This document shows positions 38,143 to 52,819 of a DNA stretch of 64,000 bases, piece by piece. The notes beneath the pieces are model-generated. The model worked only from the letters and a program-made list of their open reading frames with translations, did not search any database and had not been told where the DNA came from. Position 1 is the first letter of the stretch; each line of letters begins with the position of its first letter. Origin of the DNA: Eledone cirrhosa (Eukaryota); contig OZ024742.1 of assembly GCA_964016885.1 (NCBI GenBank), forward strand, positions 226,300,001 through 226,364,000, read 5' to 3'. The translations under genes were made by a program, and so were the position numbers.

Positions 38143-41100
38143 TATCCAGTCAACATCTACATACTGTGTCTATCTATCCAGTCAACATCTACACAGTACT
38201 GTGTCTGACTATCTCTATATATATCCAGTCAACATCTACATACTGTGTCTATCTATCCAGTCTACATCTACACAGTACTGTGTCTGACTATCTTTATATA
38301 TATCCAGTCAACATCTACAGACTGTGTCTATCTATCCAGTCAACATCTACACAGTACTGTGTCTGACTATCTCTATATATATCCAGTCAACATCTACATA
38401 CTGTGTCTATCTATCCAGTCAACATCTACACAGTACTGTGTCTGACTATCTCTATATATATATCCAGTCAACATCTACATACTGTGTCTATCTATCCAGT
38501 CAACATCTACACAGTACTGTGTCTGACTATCTCTATATATATCCAGTCAACATCTACATACTCTGTCTATCTATCCAGTCTACATCTACACAGTACTGTG
38601 TCTGACTATCTCTATATATATCCAGTCAACATCTACCTACTGTGTCTATCTATCCAGTCAACATCTACACAGTACTGTGTCTGACTATCTCTATATATAT
38701 CCAGTCAACATCTACATACTGTGTCTATCTATCCAGTCTACATCTACACAGTACTGTGTCTGACTATCTCTATATATATCCAGTCAACATCTACATACTG
38801 TGTCTATCTATCCAGTCTACATCTACACAGTACTGTGTCTGACTATCTCTATATATATCCAGTCAACATCTACATACTGTGTCTCTCTATCCAGTCTACA
38901 TCTACACAGTACTGTGTCTGACTATCTCTATATATATCCAGTCAACATCTACATACTGTGTCTATCTATCCAGTCTACATCTACACAGTACTGTGTCTGA
39001 CTATCTCTATATATATCCAGTCAACATCTACCTACTGTGTCTATCTATCCAGTCAACATCTACACAGTACTGTGTCTGACTATCTCTATATATATCCAGT
39101 CAACATCTACATACTGTGTCTATCTATCCAGTCTACATCTACACAGTACTGTGTCTGACTATCTCTATATATATCCAGTCAACATCTACATACTGTGTCT
39201 CTCTATCCAGTCTACATCTACACAGTACTGTGTCTGACTATCTCTATATATATCCAGTCAACATCTACATACTGTGTCTATCTATCCAGTCTACATCTAC
39301 ACAGTACTGTGTCTGACTATCTCTATATATATCCAGTCAACATCTACCTACTGTGTCTATCTATCCAGTCAACATTTACACAGTACTGTGTCTGACTATC
39401 TCTATATATATCCAGTCAACATCTACAGACTGTGTCTATCTATCCAGTCTACATCTACATTGTACTGTGTCTGACTATCTCTATATATATCCAGTCAACA
39501 TCTACAGACTGTGTCAATCTATCCAGTCAACATCTACACAGTACTGTGTCTGACTATCTCTATATATATCCAGTCAACATCTACAGACTGTGTCAATCTA
39601 TCCAGTCTACATCTACACAGTACTGTGTCTGACTATCTTTATATATATCCAGTCAACATCTACAGACTGTGTCAATCTATCCAGTCAACATCTACACAGT
39701 ACTGTGTCTGACTATCTCTATATATATCCAGTCAACATCTACATACTGTGTCTATCTATCCAGTCTACATCTACACAGTACTGTGTCTGACTATCTCTAT
39801 ATATATCCAGTCAACATCTACATACTGTGTCTATCTATCCAGTCTACATCTACACAGTACTGTGTCTGACTATCTCTATATATATCCAGTCAACATCTAC
39901 ATACTGTGTCTCTCTATCCAGTCTACATCTACACAGTACTGTGTCTGACTATCTCTATATATATCCAGTCAACATCTACATACTGTGTCTATCTATCCAG
40001 TCAACATCTACACAGTACTGTGTGTGACTATCTCTATATATATCCAGTCAACATCTACATACTGTGTCTATCTATCCAGTCTACATCTACACAGTACTGT
40101 GTCTGACTATCTCTATATATATCCAGTCAACATCTACATACTGTGTCTATCTATCTAGTCAACATCTACACAGTACTGTGTCTGACTATCTCTATATATA
40201 TCCAGTCAACATCTACATACTGTGTCTATCTATCCAGTCTACATCTACACAGTACTGTGTCTGACTATCTCTATATATATCCAGTCAACATCTACATACT
40301 GTGTCTATCTATCCAGTCTACATCTACACAGTACTGTGTCTGACTATCTCTATATATATCCAGTCAACATCTACATATTGTGTCTATCTATCCAGTCAAC
40401 ATCTACACAGTACTGTGTCTGACTATCTCTATATATATCCAGTCAACATCTACAGACTGTATCTATCTATCCAGTCAACATCTACACAGTACTGTGTCTG
40501 ACTATCTCTATATATATCCAGTCAACATCTACCTACTGTGTCTATCTATCTAGTCAACATCTACACAGTACTGTGTCTGACTATCTTTATATATATCCAG
40601 TCAACATCTACATATTGTGTCTATCTATCCAGTCTACATCTACACAGTACTGTGTCTGACTATCTCTATATATATCCAGTCAACATCTACATACTGTGTC
40701 TATCTATCCAGTCTACATCTACACAGTACTGTGTCTGACTATCTCTATATATATCCAGTCAACATCTACAGACTGTATCTATCTATCCAGTCAACATCTA
40801 CACAGTACTGTGTCTGACTATCTCTATATATATCCAGTCAACATCTACATACTGTGTCTATCTATCCAGTCTACATTTACACAGTACTGTGTCTGACTAT
40901 CTCTATATATATCCAGTCAACATCTACAGACTGTGTCTATCTATCCAGTCTACATCTACACAGTACTGTGTCTGACTATCTTTATATATATCCAGTCAAC
41001 ATCTACCTACTGTGTCTATCTATCTAGTCAACATCTACACAGTACTGTGTCTGACTATCTCTATATATATCCAGTCAACATCTACAGACTGTGTCTATCT

Positions 41101-44100
41101 ATCCAGTCTACATCTACACAGTACTGTGTCTGACTATCTTTATATATATCCAGTCAACATCTACAGACTGTGTCTATCTATCCAGTCAACATCTACACAT
41201 TACTGTGTCTGACTATCTCTATATATATCCAGTCAACATCTACATACTGTGTCTATCTATCCAGTCTACATCTACACAGTACTGTGTCTGACTATCTCTA
41301 TATATATCCAGTCAACATCTACATATTGTGTCTCTCTATCCAGTCTACATCTACACAGTACTGTGTCTGACTATCTCTATATATATCCAGTCAACATCTA
41401 CATACTGTGTCTATCTATCCAGTCTATATCTACACAGTACTGTGTCTGACTATCTCTATATATATCCAGTCAACATCTACATACTGTGTCTATCTATCCA
41501 GTCTACATCTACACAGTACTGTGTCTGACTATCTCTATATATATCCAGTCAACATCTACATACTGTGTCTATCTATCCAGTCTACATCTACACATTACTG
41601 TGTCTGACTATCTCTATATATATCCAGTCAACATCTACATACTGTGTCTATCTATCCAGTCTACATCTACACAGTACTGTGTCTGACTATCTCTATATAT
41701 ATAGAGTCAACATCTACATACTGTGTCTATCTATCCAGTCTATATCTACACAGTACTGTGTCTGACTATCTCTATATATATCCAGTCAACATCTACATAC
41801 TGTGTCTCTCTATCCAGTCTACATCTACACATTACTGTGTCTGACTATCTCTATATATATCCAGTCAACATCTACATACTGTGTCTATCTATCCAGTCTA
41901 CATCTACACAGTACTGTGTCTGACTATCTCTATATATATATCCAGTCAACATCTACATACTGTGTCTATCTATCCAGTCAACATCTACACAGTACTGTGT
42001 CTGACTATCTCTATATATATCCAGTCAACATCTACAGACTGTGTCTATCTATCCAGTCTACATCTACACAGTACTGTGTCTGACTATCTCTATATATATC
42101 ATGTCAACATCTACAGACTGTGTCTATCTATCCAGTCTACATCTACACAGTACTGTGTCTGACTATCTCTATATATATCCAGTCAACATCTACATACTGT
42201 GTCTATCTATCCAGTCTACATCTACACAGTACTGTGTCTGACTATCTCTATATATATCCAGTCAACATCTACATACTGTGTCTATCTATCCAGTCTACAT
42301 CTACACAGTACTGTGTCTGACTATCTCTATATATATATCCAGTCAACATCTACATACTGTGTCTATCTATCCAGTCTACATCTACATAGTACTGTGTCTG
42401 ACTATCTCTATATATATCCAGTCAACATCTACAGACTGTGTCTATCTATCCAGTCAACATCTACACAGTACTGTGTCTGACTATCTCTATATATATCCAG
42501 TCAACATCTACATACTGTGTCTATCTATCCAGTCAACATCTACACAGTACTGTGTCTGACTATCTTTATATATATCCAGTCAACATCTACAGACTGTGTC
42601 TATCTATCCAGTCAACATCTACACAGTACTGTGTCTGACTATCTTTATATATATCCAGTCAACATCTACAGACTGTGTCTATCTATCCAGTCAACATCTA
42701 CACAGTACTGTGTCTGACTATCTTTATATATATCCAGTCAACATCTACAGACTGTGTCTATCTATCCAGTCTACATCTACACAGTACTGTGTCTGACTAT
42801 CTCTATATATATCATGTCAACATCTACAGACTGTGTCTATCTATCCAGTCAACATCTACACAGTACTGTGTCTGACTATCTTTATATATATCCAGTCAAC
42901 ATCTACAGACTGTGTCTATCTATCCAGTCAACATCTACACAGTACTGTGTCTGACTATCTTTATATATATCCAGTCAACATCTACAGACTGTGTCTATCT
43001 ATCCAGTCTACATCTACACAGTACTGTGTCTGACTATCTCTATATATATCCAGTCAACATCTACAGACTGTGTCTATCTATCCAGTCTACATCTACACAT
43101 TACTGTGTCTGACTATCTCTATATATATCCAGTCAACATCTACATACTGTGTCTATCTATCCAGTCTACATTTACACAGTACTGTGTCTGACTATCTCTA
43201 TATATATCCAGTCAACATCTACCTACTGTGTCTATCTATCCAGTCTACATTTACACAGTACTGTGTCTGACTATCTCTATATATATCCAGTCAACATCTA
43301 CAGACTGTGTCTATCTATCCAGTCTACATCTACACAGTACTGTGTCTGACTATCTCTATATATATCCAGTCAACATCTACCTACTGTGTCTATCTATCCA
43401 GTCTACATTTACACAGTACTGTGTCTGACTATCTCTATATATATCCAGTCAACATCTACAGACTGTGTCTATCTATCCAGTCAACATCTACCTACTGTGT
43501 CTATCTATCCAGTCTACATTTACACAGTACTGTGTCTGACTATCTCTATATATATCCAGTCAACATCTACATACTGTGTCTATCTATCCAGTCTACATCT
43601 ACACAGTACTGTGTCTGACTATCTCTATATATATCCAGTCAACATCTACATACTGTGTCTATCTATCCAGTCAACATCTACACAGTACTGTGTCTGACTA
43701 TCTCTATATATATCCAGTCAACATCTACATACTGTGTCTATCTATCCAGTCAACATTTACACAGTACTGTGTCTGACTATCTCTATATATATCCAGTCAA
43801 CATCTACAGACTGTGTCTATCTATCCAGTCTACATCTACACAGTACTGTGTCTGACTATCTCTATATATATCCAGTCAACATCTACATATTGTGTCTATC
43901 TATCCAGTCTACATCTACACAGTACTGTGTCTGACTATCTCTATATATATCCAGTCAACATCTACAGACTGTGTCTATCTATCCAGTCTACATCTACACA
44001 GTACTGTGTCTGACTATCTCTATATATATCCAGTCAACATCTACATACTGTGTCTATCTATCCAGTCAACATCTACACAGTACTGTGTCTGACTATCTCT

Positions 44101-44825
44101 ATATATATCCAGTCAACATCTACATACTGTGTCTATCTATCCAGTCTACATCTACACAGTACTGTGTCTGACTATCTCTATATATATCCAGTCAACATCT
44201 ACATATTGTGTCTATCTATCCAGTCTACATCTACACAGTACTGTGTCTGACTATCTCTATATATATCCAGTCAACATCTACATACTGTGTCTATCTATCC
44301 AGTCAACATTTACACAGTACTGTGTCTGACTATCTCTATATATATCCAGTCAACATCTACATATTGTGTCTATCTATCCAGTCAACATCTACACAGTACT
44401 GTGTCTGACTATCTCTATATATATCCAGTCAACATCTACAGACTGTGTCTATCTATCCAGTCAACATCTACATACTGTGTCTATCTATCCAGTCTACATC
44501 TACACAGTACTGTGTCTGACTATCTTTATATATATCCAGTCAACATCTACATACTGTGTCTATCTATCCAGTCTACATCTACACAGTACTGTGTCTGACT
44601 ATCTCTATATATATCCAGTCAACATCTACATACTCTGTCTATCTATCCAGTCTACATCTACACAGTACTGTGTCTGACTATCTCTATATATATCCAGTCA
44701 ACATCTACATACTCTGTCTATCTATCCAGTCTACATCTACACCAGTACTGTGTCTGACTATCTTTATATATATCCAGTCAACATCTACATACTGTGTCTA
44801 TCTATCCAGTCAACATCTACACCAG
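38143..44825 (+). repeat. 79-bp satellite array, ~85 copies, opposite orientation to 24671-34325
   Basis: Same unit read on the + strand. Confidence 0.98.
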
Positions 44826-45139
44826 TATTTCCCAAACATGTTTACTCAAAGCACACATTAGAACAAGTAAAAATATGTTGCTGCAATTTATACTTAAATT
44901 CTAAAAATTTATTCAAAAGAGATATTTACACACATTAACAGCATAAATAGAAATATAGATAATTAAACATCCAGAAAAATTATTTGTACTTCCTTCTTTA
45001 ATCAATAAATAGAACAAAGTTATCAATATGTACTTGGTGTTATTTGGTAATATTTTCATTATAAGCTTAGTTATTTCTCACTTTGACAGTTAGATATGGA
45101 CTTTATGTTGAATTCCAATTTGTATTTTTAACATTCCTT

Positions 45140-45572
45140 CCTATGGTCATGAATCTTGGGTAATGACTGAAAGAATACGATCAGCTGAAAGGGGGTTCTT
45201 CCAAAGGGTCTTTGAAGTAACATTACTCGATAGAGTGTGAAGCTCGAAGATCAGAGAGTCACTCCAAGTAGAGCTGCTACTTCTTCGAATTGAGAGATCA
45301 CGGCTCTGATACTATGGGCATGTGGTTAGAATGTCTCGGGGAAAGAATTGCTAGACAGATTTTACGAGCAAAACCAGCCGGCAGGAGACCCAGGTGTAAA
45401 CCTTGATCAAGATGGTAGGATACCATCCATGAGATTGGCTGGTCTCACATGGGGATCCAGCCAGATCAGTTAGAGACAGTTGCTTCAGATAGGACCTACT
45501 GGAAGGAATGTTTGAGGACTCTGCCTCCATGGCCCTCTCAGGAATAAGTGGGTGAAGAAGAAGAAATAGAAA
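45140..45572 (+). mobile_element. Decayed RTE-like LINE 3' fragment (different family)
   Basis: TATGGTCATGAATCTTGG (YGHESW), TATGGGCATGTGGTTAGAATG (YGHVVRM), (GAA)n end. Confidence 0.7.
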
Positions 45573-46384
45573 CATGCTCTTTCATGATACATCTGTAGTA
45601 CATCTTGTGGCAGACATGTAGGCCAAGGCACACAGTTTGGGAACCGCTGATCATCGCACACCAGTATGCTGAGGCACACCGTTTTGAGAGCCACTGAGCT
45701 ATACAAACACAACTGAAGGCTTTTTCTTTTTTTATATATATAAGTTAGTCCCAGAAAGAGAAGAAATTACTTGTACAGGCCTTCCCAGATTGGTGACATT
45801 AATGTGATGACCTCAGGGTGTTACACATCCAGCTGGTGACATTAATGTGGTTGTTGTTGAGTATGAATATCTCCAATTTATCTATGACCTCTGAAGGTCA
45901 CACACCCAAACTGTCAAATGTAGTTGATGTTCAATTTGAATACTTGAAGGTCAATATTTGCAGGAAAGATATGAACAAGGAGTGAATTCCAGGAGGTTTA
46001 CAGTGCTGAGGAAGGAGTTAGCCAAGTGTTTTGTCAAAGCATAACTTATAAGTGTGGTACAGTCATTACATCAGACCATAGGCCAGAGAGATCCATGAAT
46101 ATTTGATTTCACCACCACTGTCACCACACCTCTCGCAAACCCTTAAATTTTGAGAAGAGGCCCTACTTCGATTCTACCCACACAAAGAAGCCTGAAAGTA
46201 ACCATGTTCTAATTTGTGATGTTTCTCTTAGAAGTCCTGAGTAGGAGGCCATTGAGAGACGATAAGGATGATGTGAAGGAAGGTAGATAGGTGCGATGTG
46301 TCAGATATATCCACAAGAATATCTGAAGTTACAACTACAAAATAACTAAAACAATCGATAGTTTTAGTGCTATTATTACTTCAG

Positions 46385-46482
46385 GGCAGTGGATTGGCAG
46401 TATCTGTAGAGCCTCAGACACCATGCTTTTCAGTATAGAGCTATGGCCCTTTATATTCTGAGTTCAAATCCTGCCATGGTTA
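46385..46482 (+). mobile_element. SINE 5' half
   Basis: Matches the first ~100 bp of 14437-14621. Confidence 0.75.
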
Positions 46483-46953
46483 AAGTTCCTCGAAAACCAG
46501 TTTGGGAAATAAGGTTATGTGGATTTTACATTAGGTCGGCTGTATAATGCTTGTATGTGAAGTGCCATACTGCATGGTAGTGAGACATGAGTAGTGAACA
46601 CAGAGAACATGTGAAGGCTGGAGAGAAATGAAGCAAGCATGTTGCTAGAACAAGAAAGCATGGATAAACTGAAGGTGAAACTGAGTATAAGAGGAATCAA
46701 GTGCAGGAGAGGAGACTGCATTGGTATAGACAATGCACATGGATGCTGATCACTGGGTGAAGAAGTGTAGAGCAATCCCAGTAGAGAAAGACCAAGGAAG
46801 ACCTGGATGGAAGTGGTGAGTGTTGAAAAGAAATTGCTAAAGCTCATGGAGGAGATGACAAAGGAATGTGACAAGTGGAGAGATGCAGCACTGAGAAGGA
46901 CCCATTCAATCCATGCAAGCATAGAACAATGGATATAAAATGATGATGATGAT
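46483..46953 (+). mobile_element. Decayed RTE 3' fragment
   Basis: CATGGTAGTGAGACA, AGACCAAGGAAGACCTGG, (GAT)n tail. Confidence 0.8.
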
Positions 46954-47199
46954 AACCTTTCTGTCATTGCTCTCTCTTCTATTTCACACTTATGACAATT
47001 TGTTAAGAAAAGAGACAATTTGTCAAGATTCAAGACATCTCTATCGTGTCATGATAAAATGCACCCGGTACACTCTCTAAAGTGGCTGGTAATCAGAGAC
47101 AGAGTTGGGTTGAGAATGCCCTATAATCATGCCAAGGACATGACAACCTTTCTGGTGATGGTGCTACAATAAAAATCACCCAATATAATTTGTAGAGTT

Positions 47200-47596
47200 A
47201 TGTATAGATTTTTTTTTTATTATATAGATAATTTAATAGAATAAGAAAAAAAAAGATTGAAAAGAAAGAATGGAATGTAAAATAAGAAATATATATAAAA
47301 CGGAAAAGGAAGGGAAAGGCAAGGGCTCTAGTTTCACAGAAGGAGGGGGATGGGGCTCTGAGCCTAGGGTGTGGCGATAATGGGGCTGTGCCCCACAGAC
47401 AAGACCGCACAAGCATTCCCATGGACAGAGACCATATAGTGTTGGGAGGATACTTTAACACTGTCGGAGACATAACAACCTCTCTAAGGTTTATGCCATA
47501 ACAAACTACACCTAGTACACTTTGTAATATGGTAATGGTTAAACTGAGACCATGTAGAGTTGAGAGGACCTTCTTAGTCCTGTTGAACAACTTCAT
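47200..47596 (-). mobile_element. Probable poly(A)-tailed LINE 3' fragment inserted in an RTE-derived non-autonomous element (~47050-47870)
   Basis: T-run at ~47208; both flanks carry the AAAAGCACC..CTGTAAAGTGG / GGAAGAGCATCCAGC module, ending in (GAT)n at ~47868. Confidence 0.45.
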
Positions 47597-48269
47597 TAGT
47601 GGTGGTGCACAATAAAAAGCACCAAATACACTCTGTAAAGTGGTAGTGCTGGTGCCATGATAAAATGCCCCCAGTTCACTCTATGTAGTTAGTATTAGGA
47701 AGAGCATCCAGCCATAGAAACCATGTCAAAAATTGAAACATGAGATGTAGTCCTACAACCCATCTAGGTGGGTAGTAACTCAAAATAAAAACTAACTCAG
47801 ACTGTGACAACCCATTCAACCCATGCCAGCATGGAAAACTGGTGTAAAAATGATGATTATGATGATGGTATACTTTATCAAGACATTTTTTTTTTTTTAA
47901 ACACACAAAATGAGTATTTGAAGACAATATGGAATTTCTACATGAATCAGTCATTAAGCCATTTGATAGCAAACTGCCGGAAACCACTCTAGTTCTATAT
48001 TTATCTAAAAACCTTCCAATATAATTTTATGTAAGAACGTTTATGTTCCAAACACAAGTTCCATAATGAGTTAGTTATATTAATATAGCACTCCAAATTA
48101 TTGATCATTTTCAAAATTATTTTAAAATCATAGAGACTTTCACTAGAAATATGGTAATAAAAAGGTTAAAGTGTTTATATTTGTCTAAAAGTCTTCCATC
48201 ATAATTTTATTCAAAAACATTTGTTAAATTATGTTCCAAACGTCAAATAAATAATTCTTTGTAACATTG

Positions 48270-48650
48270 GCATCAGGCCAGCAATATGAGGAAAGGGGAA
48301 AGTTGATTATATCAACCCCAGTACTTAACTGGTTCAGTCTTTTAACGATCATTGAAGGATAAAAAACAAAGTTTACTTTACTGAGATTTGAACTCAGAAC
48401 CTAGAAAGTCACAACTACCAGAAAAGCATTTTGTCCAATGCTCTACTAACACTGCCAATCCACCACCCTATGTATCAGATAAATAATGGTTTCTGAAGTA
48501 CATTAGTGGTGCTTTATTTTATTGACCCCGTAAAGATGAAAGACAAAGCTAATCTTGGCGGGATTTGAACTCAGAACGTAAAGGGCCGTAACTCTATGCC
48601 ACTAAGAGTATTGTTTGATGCTTTACCGATTCTGCCGATCTACCGCCCTA
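48270..48650 (-). mobile_element. Two adjacent tRNA-derived SINEs
   Basis: GATTTGAACTCAG at ~48385 and ~48562, each with the shared body and head. Confidence 0.75.
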
Positions 48651-49725
48651 CCAAATAAATAATGAGAAAGTTTGTTATATTAGTAAATCTCTCCAGATTG
48701 TTTACAAAATCCTTTGAAAATCATAGGCATTGTCTTTCATTAGAAATATTGTAACAAAATGGTTAAACAATATTTGGTGAAGAATATTTATGGCACAAGG
48801 AGGAATTGTCCCTCAAGGATATATTTCTAGTGTGAAATTCTCTCCATTTTGCTGTTTGAAGTCTTCAGAAATGAATTTATGACCAGTTTGCTCCAGGACA
48901 ATTTTGATATACAAAATAATAATGATGATAGTGGAGGTGGTGGTTGTGGTGGTATTGGTGGTGGTGGTGGTGGTTGTGGTGGTATTGGTGGTGGTGGTGG
49001 TTGTGGTGATAATGATAATGAATTTTATTAGTTTATTAGAGCAGAATCAAGGATGAAGGTGATTAAGGAACTCAAAATGGAAATCTGTGTATATATGTGT
49101 GTGTGTGTGTGTTTGTGTGGCAATGATGGTAAAATGTGTATGGTGATGGTGATGGTGGTGGTGGTATGAGTTTGTGTATGGTAATGGTAGTTGTGTCTGT
49201 GTGTATGTAACAACGATAGTGATGCTTATGTGTAAAATGTAGTGGTGATGCTGGTGTATAATGGTAAATGTGGTGTGGTTATATATACAATGGTTGAGGC
49301 TGTTGTTTAGCCACGGGTCAACTGTGATCAAGTAGATCTTTGATGTGAGACATTTCAACTGTGACCATCTTAACTTTCTATGGGGTGTCCTGCCACTTTG
49401 TAGAAGGTAGGGTACGATTTTAAGCAGGGTTGACTGCTATTTCTAGCCACATAAGGAACCACATATGGGACCCCACACAAAGAGCTATATATGTATGTGC
49501 ATGTATGAGACTGTGTGTGTGTGGTATCATAAATATTATTGTTTGAATATGATAGCAGTAGATATGTGTATGTGTGTGTGTGTATGTGTGTGTATGTATG
49601 AGTGTGTGTGGTATGAAAACACTAGTTAGTCTATGACAGAAATGTGTGTCTACATATATATGCGTATGTGCGTGTGTGTGTGTATATATGCATATGTATG
49701 TACATGTGTATGTGGGCATATATAC

Positions 49726-49841
49726 ATACAGGGTGTCCCAAAAAATGTATACATACTTCAACAGCATTCTAATAAACAATGCCTGTACAGGTCATCAAAG
49801 TGTGTATACATTTTTTTTTTGGGGGGGGGGACACATCCTGT
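49726..49841. mobile_element. Tc1/mariner-type MITE
   Basis: TA-CAGGGTGTCC ... GGACACATCCTG-TA inverted ends. Confidence 0.6.
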
Positions 49842-50010
49842 ATATGTATATATTTGTGTGTATGTATACATATATATATATATATATATACACACATACA
49901 CACACACAAACACACACTCACACAGACTTATACATACATATATATATGTGTGTGTGCATGTATGTATGTGTATGTATGTATGTGTATGTATGTATGTATG
50001 TGTATGTGTG

Positions 50011-50046
<36 letters not shown>

Positions 50047-50418
50047 CATACACACACACAAACACACACTCACACAGACTTATACATACATATATATATA
50101 TGTGTGTGCATGTATGTATGTGTATGTATGTATGTGTATGTATGTATGTATGTGTGTATTAGTGGTTGTAACCTTCACAAAACACAAGGTGGCCTTGTTT
50201 TATAGTAAGAATAGAGAGGAGGTTAGTTAGATTTATGTACTGTGATGAATGTTGTATAATAGTCAGTTGTATGAATGTGTATGCTTATGAGTATGTGTGC
50301 ATGCTTTTATGTGTGTGTGTATGAATGTATGTATGAATATTTGTATGTATACGTATAAATGTATCAATATGTGCACGCGTATATATATTTATAGAATATA
50401 TGCGTGTGTGTGTGTATA

Positions 50419-50479
<61 letters not shown>

Positions 50480-50555
50480 AATGAGAGAGAGAGATAGTAT
50501 ATATATATATATAAATTCATATATATATATAACATATATTTATATTATATATATA

Positions 50556-50602
<47 letters not shown>

Positions 50603-50719
50603 AATGAGAGAGAGAGATAGTATATATACATACATTCATATATATATATACACATACACATATATATACACACGCATATATTTACTCATATACATACACA
50701 TGTAGAGCATTAAAGAAAG

Positions 50720-50757
<38 letters not shown>

Positions 50758-50835
50758 TTATATATATATATATATACATATATACATATATACATTTATA
50801 TACACATATATACACATATAAATACACATACTACT
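49842..50835. repeat. Compound (AT)/(AC)/(GTAT) microsatellite field with local duplications
   Basis: CACACACTCACACAGACTTATAC occurs twice; TGAATGAGAGAGAGAGATAG occurs twice. Confidence 0.9.
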
Positions 50836-50845
50836 ACTATTAAAT

Positions 50846-51285
50846 TCATCCACTTCTTTGTGGTGTCGTGATAAAACCTTTCCATCTCACACCATCCAGC
50901 ATTGACTGCTTCAGTTCTTCACTGGATAATTCTGTATCATCTGCAATGACTCTCTTTAATGTCTTGAGAGGTCTTCCATGTTTGCATTTCACATTAGTGG
51001 GCTCCCATAGTAAAAGTTTGTAGTAGGTTCGTTGCCTCTCATGACATAACCTGCAAGCTGAAGACGCCTGATACGATGGTATGGCTAAAGGGCGGAAGGG
51101 TGCCATAGAGAATTTTATTTGTAACACGGTCAAGAGGTTTGATGATTTTTATCCTTCTTAGCATTCGTGTGTAGCAACCATCTAAAGCTTTGGTGATAGG
51201 TATTGCTACTGAACATGATTCACTGGAATACAGCAAGATTGATTCCACTGTGGCTTTGAATAATCTAACTTTCGTTTTTGTGGTT
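50846..51285 (-). mobile_element. Decayed RTE-like LINE 3' fragment (distinct family)
   Basis: ATVESILLYSSES..LDGCYTRMLR; LLLWEP..GRPLKT. Confidence 0.75.
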
Positions 51286-51481
51286 ATGTTAGATAATACA
51301 CATATATATACATATATATATACAGTGTTTATATATATGTATATATATGTGTATATATGTGTATACTATACTATGTATATATATGTGTATACTATACTAT
51401 ACACATGCATATACACATATATATATATGTGTGTGTGTGTATATTATACACATGTATATACATATATATATGTCTGTGTAT

Positions 51482-51525
<44 letters not shown>

Positions 51526-51757
51526 AGTAGAAGGGATATTTAATTTGTTGGAAATCCAACAAATATAAATGTTTATAACTGATTCAGAGCACTCCATAGG
51601 GTTTAAAATAACGGTTTTTTCAATTATTTTCATATTCATTTACATATTCATCCATAAGTTTGAAAAATCCGTTTTATAATCTCACTACCCAAGGAATATT
51701 CAACTGATAAGGTAAGATTTTCCTTGGCTATGTCAAAATTTATAAAACACTCTTTGT

Positions 51758-51818
51758 ATTTTATCTGATGAAAGTGTACCAAAGTTTTTTGGTACCCTTG
51801 AAATATATATAATAGAAT
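51758..51818 (+). ncRNA. Type I hammerhead ribozyme
   Basis: ATTTTAT-CTGATGA-AAGTGTACCAAA..TTTGGTACCCTT-GAAA-TATATA-T-A^ATAGAAT; stem I 7 bp including one G-U, stem II 11 of 12 pairs. Confidence 0.78.
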
Positions 51819-52317
51819 AAATATGGTTTTATAAATATAGTTTCCATTTATTTAATATCATTGTATATATCGCTGGCACGATCCACCACCACCGCCATCA
51901 CCACCGTCCACCGACACCATCCACCACCTTCACCACCACCACTACTACCACCGCCACCATCACTAGCACCATCCACCATCGCCACCATCAGTCACCATCC
52001 ACCAGCACCACCATCACCATCACTGACACCATCCACCACCTCCACCACTACCACCACCACCACCACCATCACTGACATCATCCACCACCATCACCATGAC
52101 TGACACCATCCACCTCCACCACCACCATCACTGACACCATCCACCACCACCACCATCACTGGCACCATCCACCACCATCACCACCAACATTCACCACCAC
52201 CACCACCATTACCAGCGTAAAACAAACAATTATTATTATTATTATATAAAAACTGAACTGGACTGGGAAAAGTCAACAGTTGACATGATTTTGATTTTGT
52301 ATCAGTACTGCCGGTAA

Positions 52318-52660
52318 TCATCATCATCATCATCATCATTTTACGTCCGCTTTTCCCAGCTTGCAAGGGAGGGACGGGAACTGATTTTGGCTTGATTTCT
52401 ACAGCTGGATGCCCTTCCTAACACCAACCTCATTTACAGTGAGTGCTGGGTGCTTTTTTGCCGTGGCACCTCCACGACCACTTTACAGTGGAATGATATG
52501 GACCTCAGTCCTATCATCTCATTTCTACAGCTGAGTAAACTGGAGCAATGTGAAATAAAGTGTCTTGCTCAAGGAAACAACACATCACCCAGTCTGAGAA
52601 TTGAACTCACAACCTTTCGATTGCAAGGCCAATGCTCTAACCACTAAGCCATGTGCCTCC
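52318..52660 (-). mobile_element. Composite SINE: tRNA-like head plus RTE-derived bipartite tail
   Basis: Minus-strand head GGAGGCACATGGCTTAGTGGTTAGAGC..GAGTTCAATTC; tail with GGAAGGGCATCCAGC, RTE-C terminus and (GAT)n; absent from the paralogous site at ~34786. Confidence 0.85.
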
Positions 52661-52819
52661 ATTATATATATGTGTGTATGTGAGTGGTGTGTGTGCTTGT
52701 ATGCATGAATGGGTGTTGGTGTGTGAGTGGCGTGTGTGTTTGTAGTTTGTATGCATGAGTGTTGGTGTGTGAGTGTGTGTGTGCGTGTCGTGTCAATAAG
52801 TGTTTTTTTTGGGGGGGGT

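Noticed and set aside
24671-44825. CRISPR-like array next to a reverse transcriptase
   Set aside because: No unique spacers, only point variants of one monomer; eukaryotic repeat context; no cas genes
38143-44825. Hammerhead ribozyme within the 79-bp monomer
   Set aside because: CTGACTA is present, but neither strand has the CTGANGA plus GAAA core
24713-44938. Hundreds of 62-118 aa ORFs (MSIYPV..)
   Set aside because: Artefacts of translating a 79-bp unit (not a multiple of 3) from GTG starts; no protein motif
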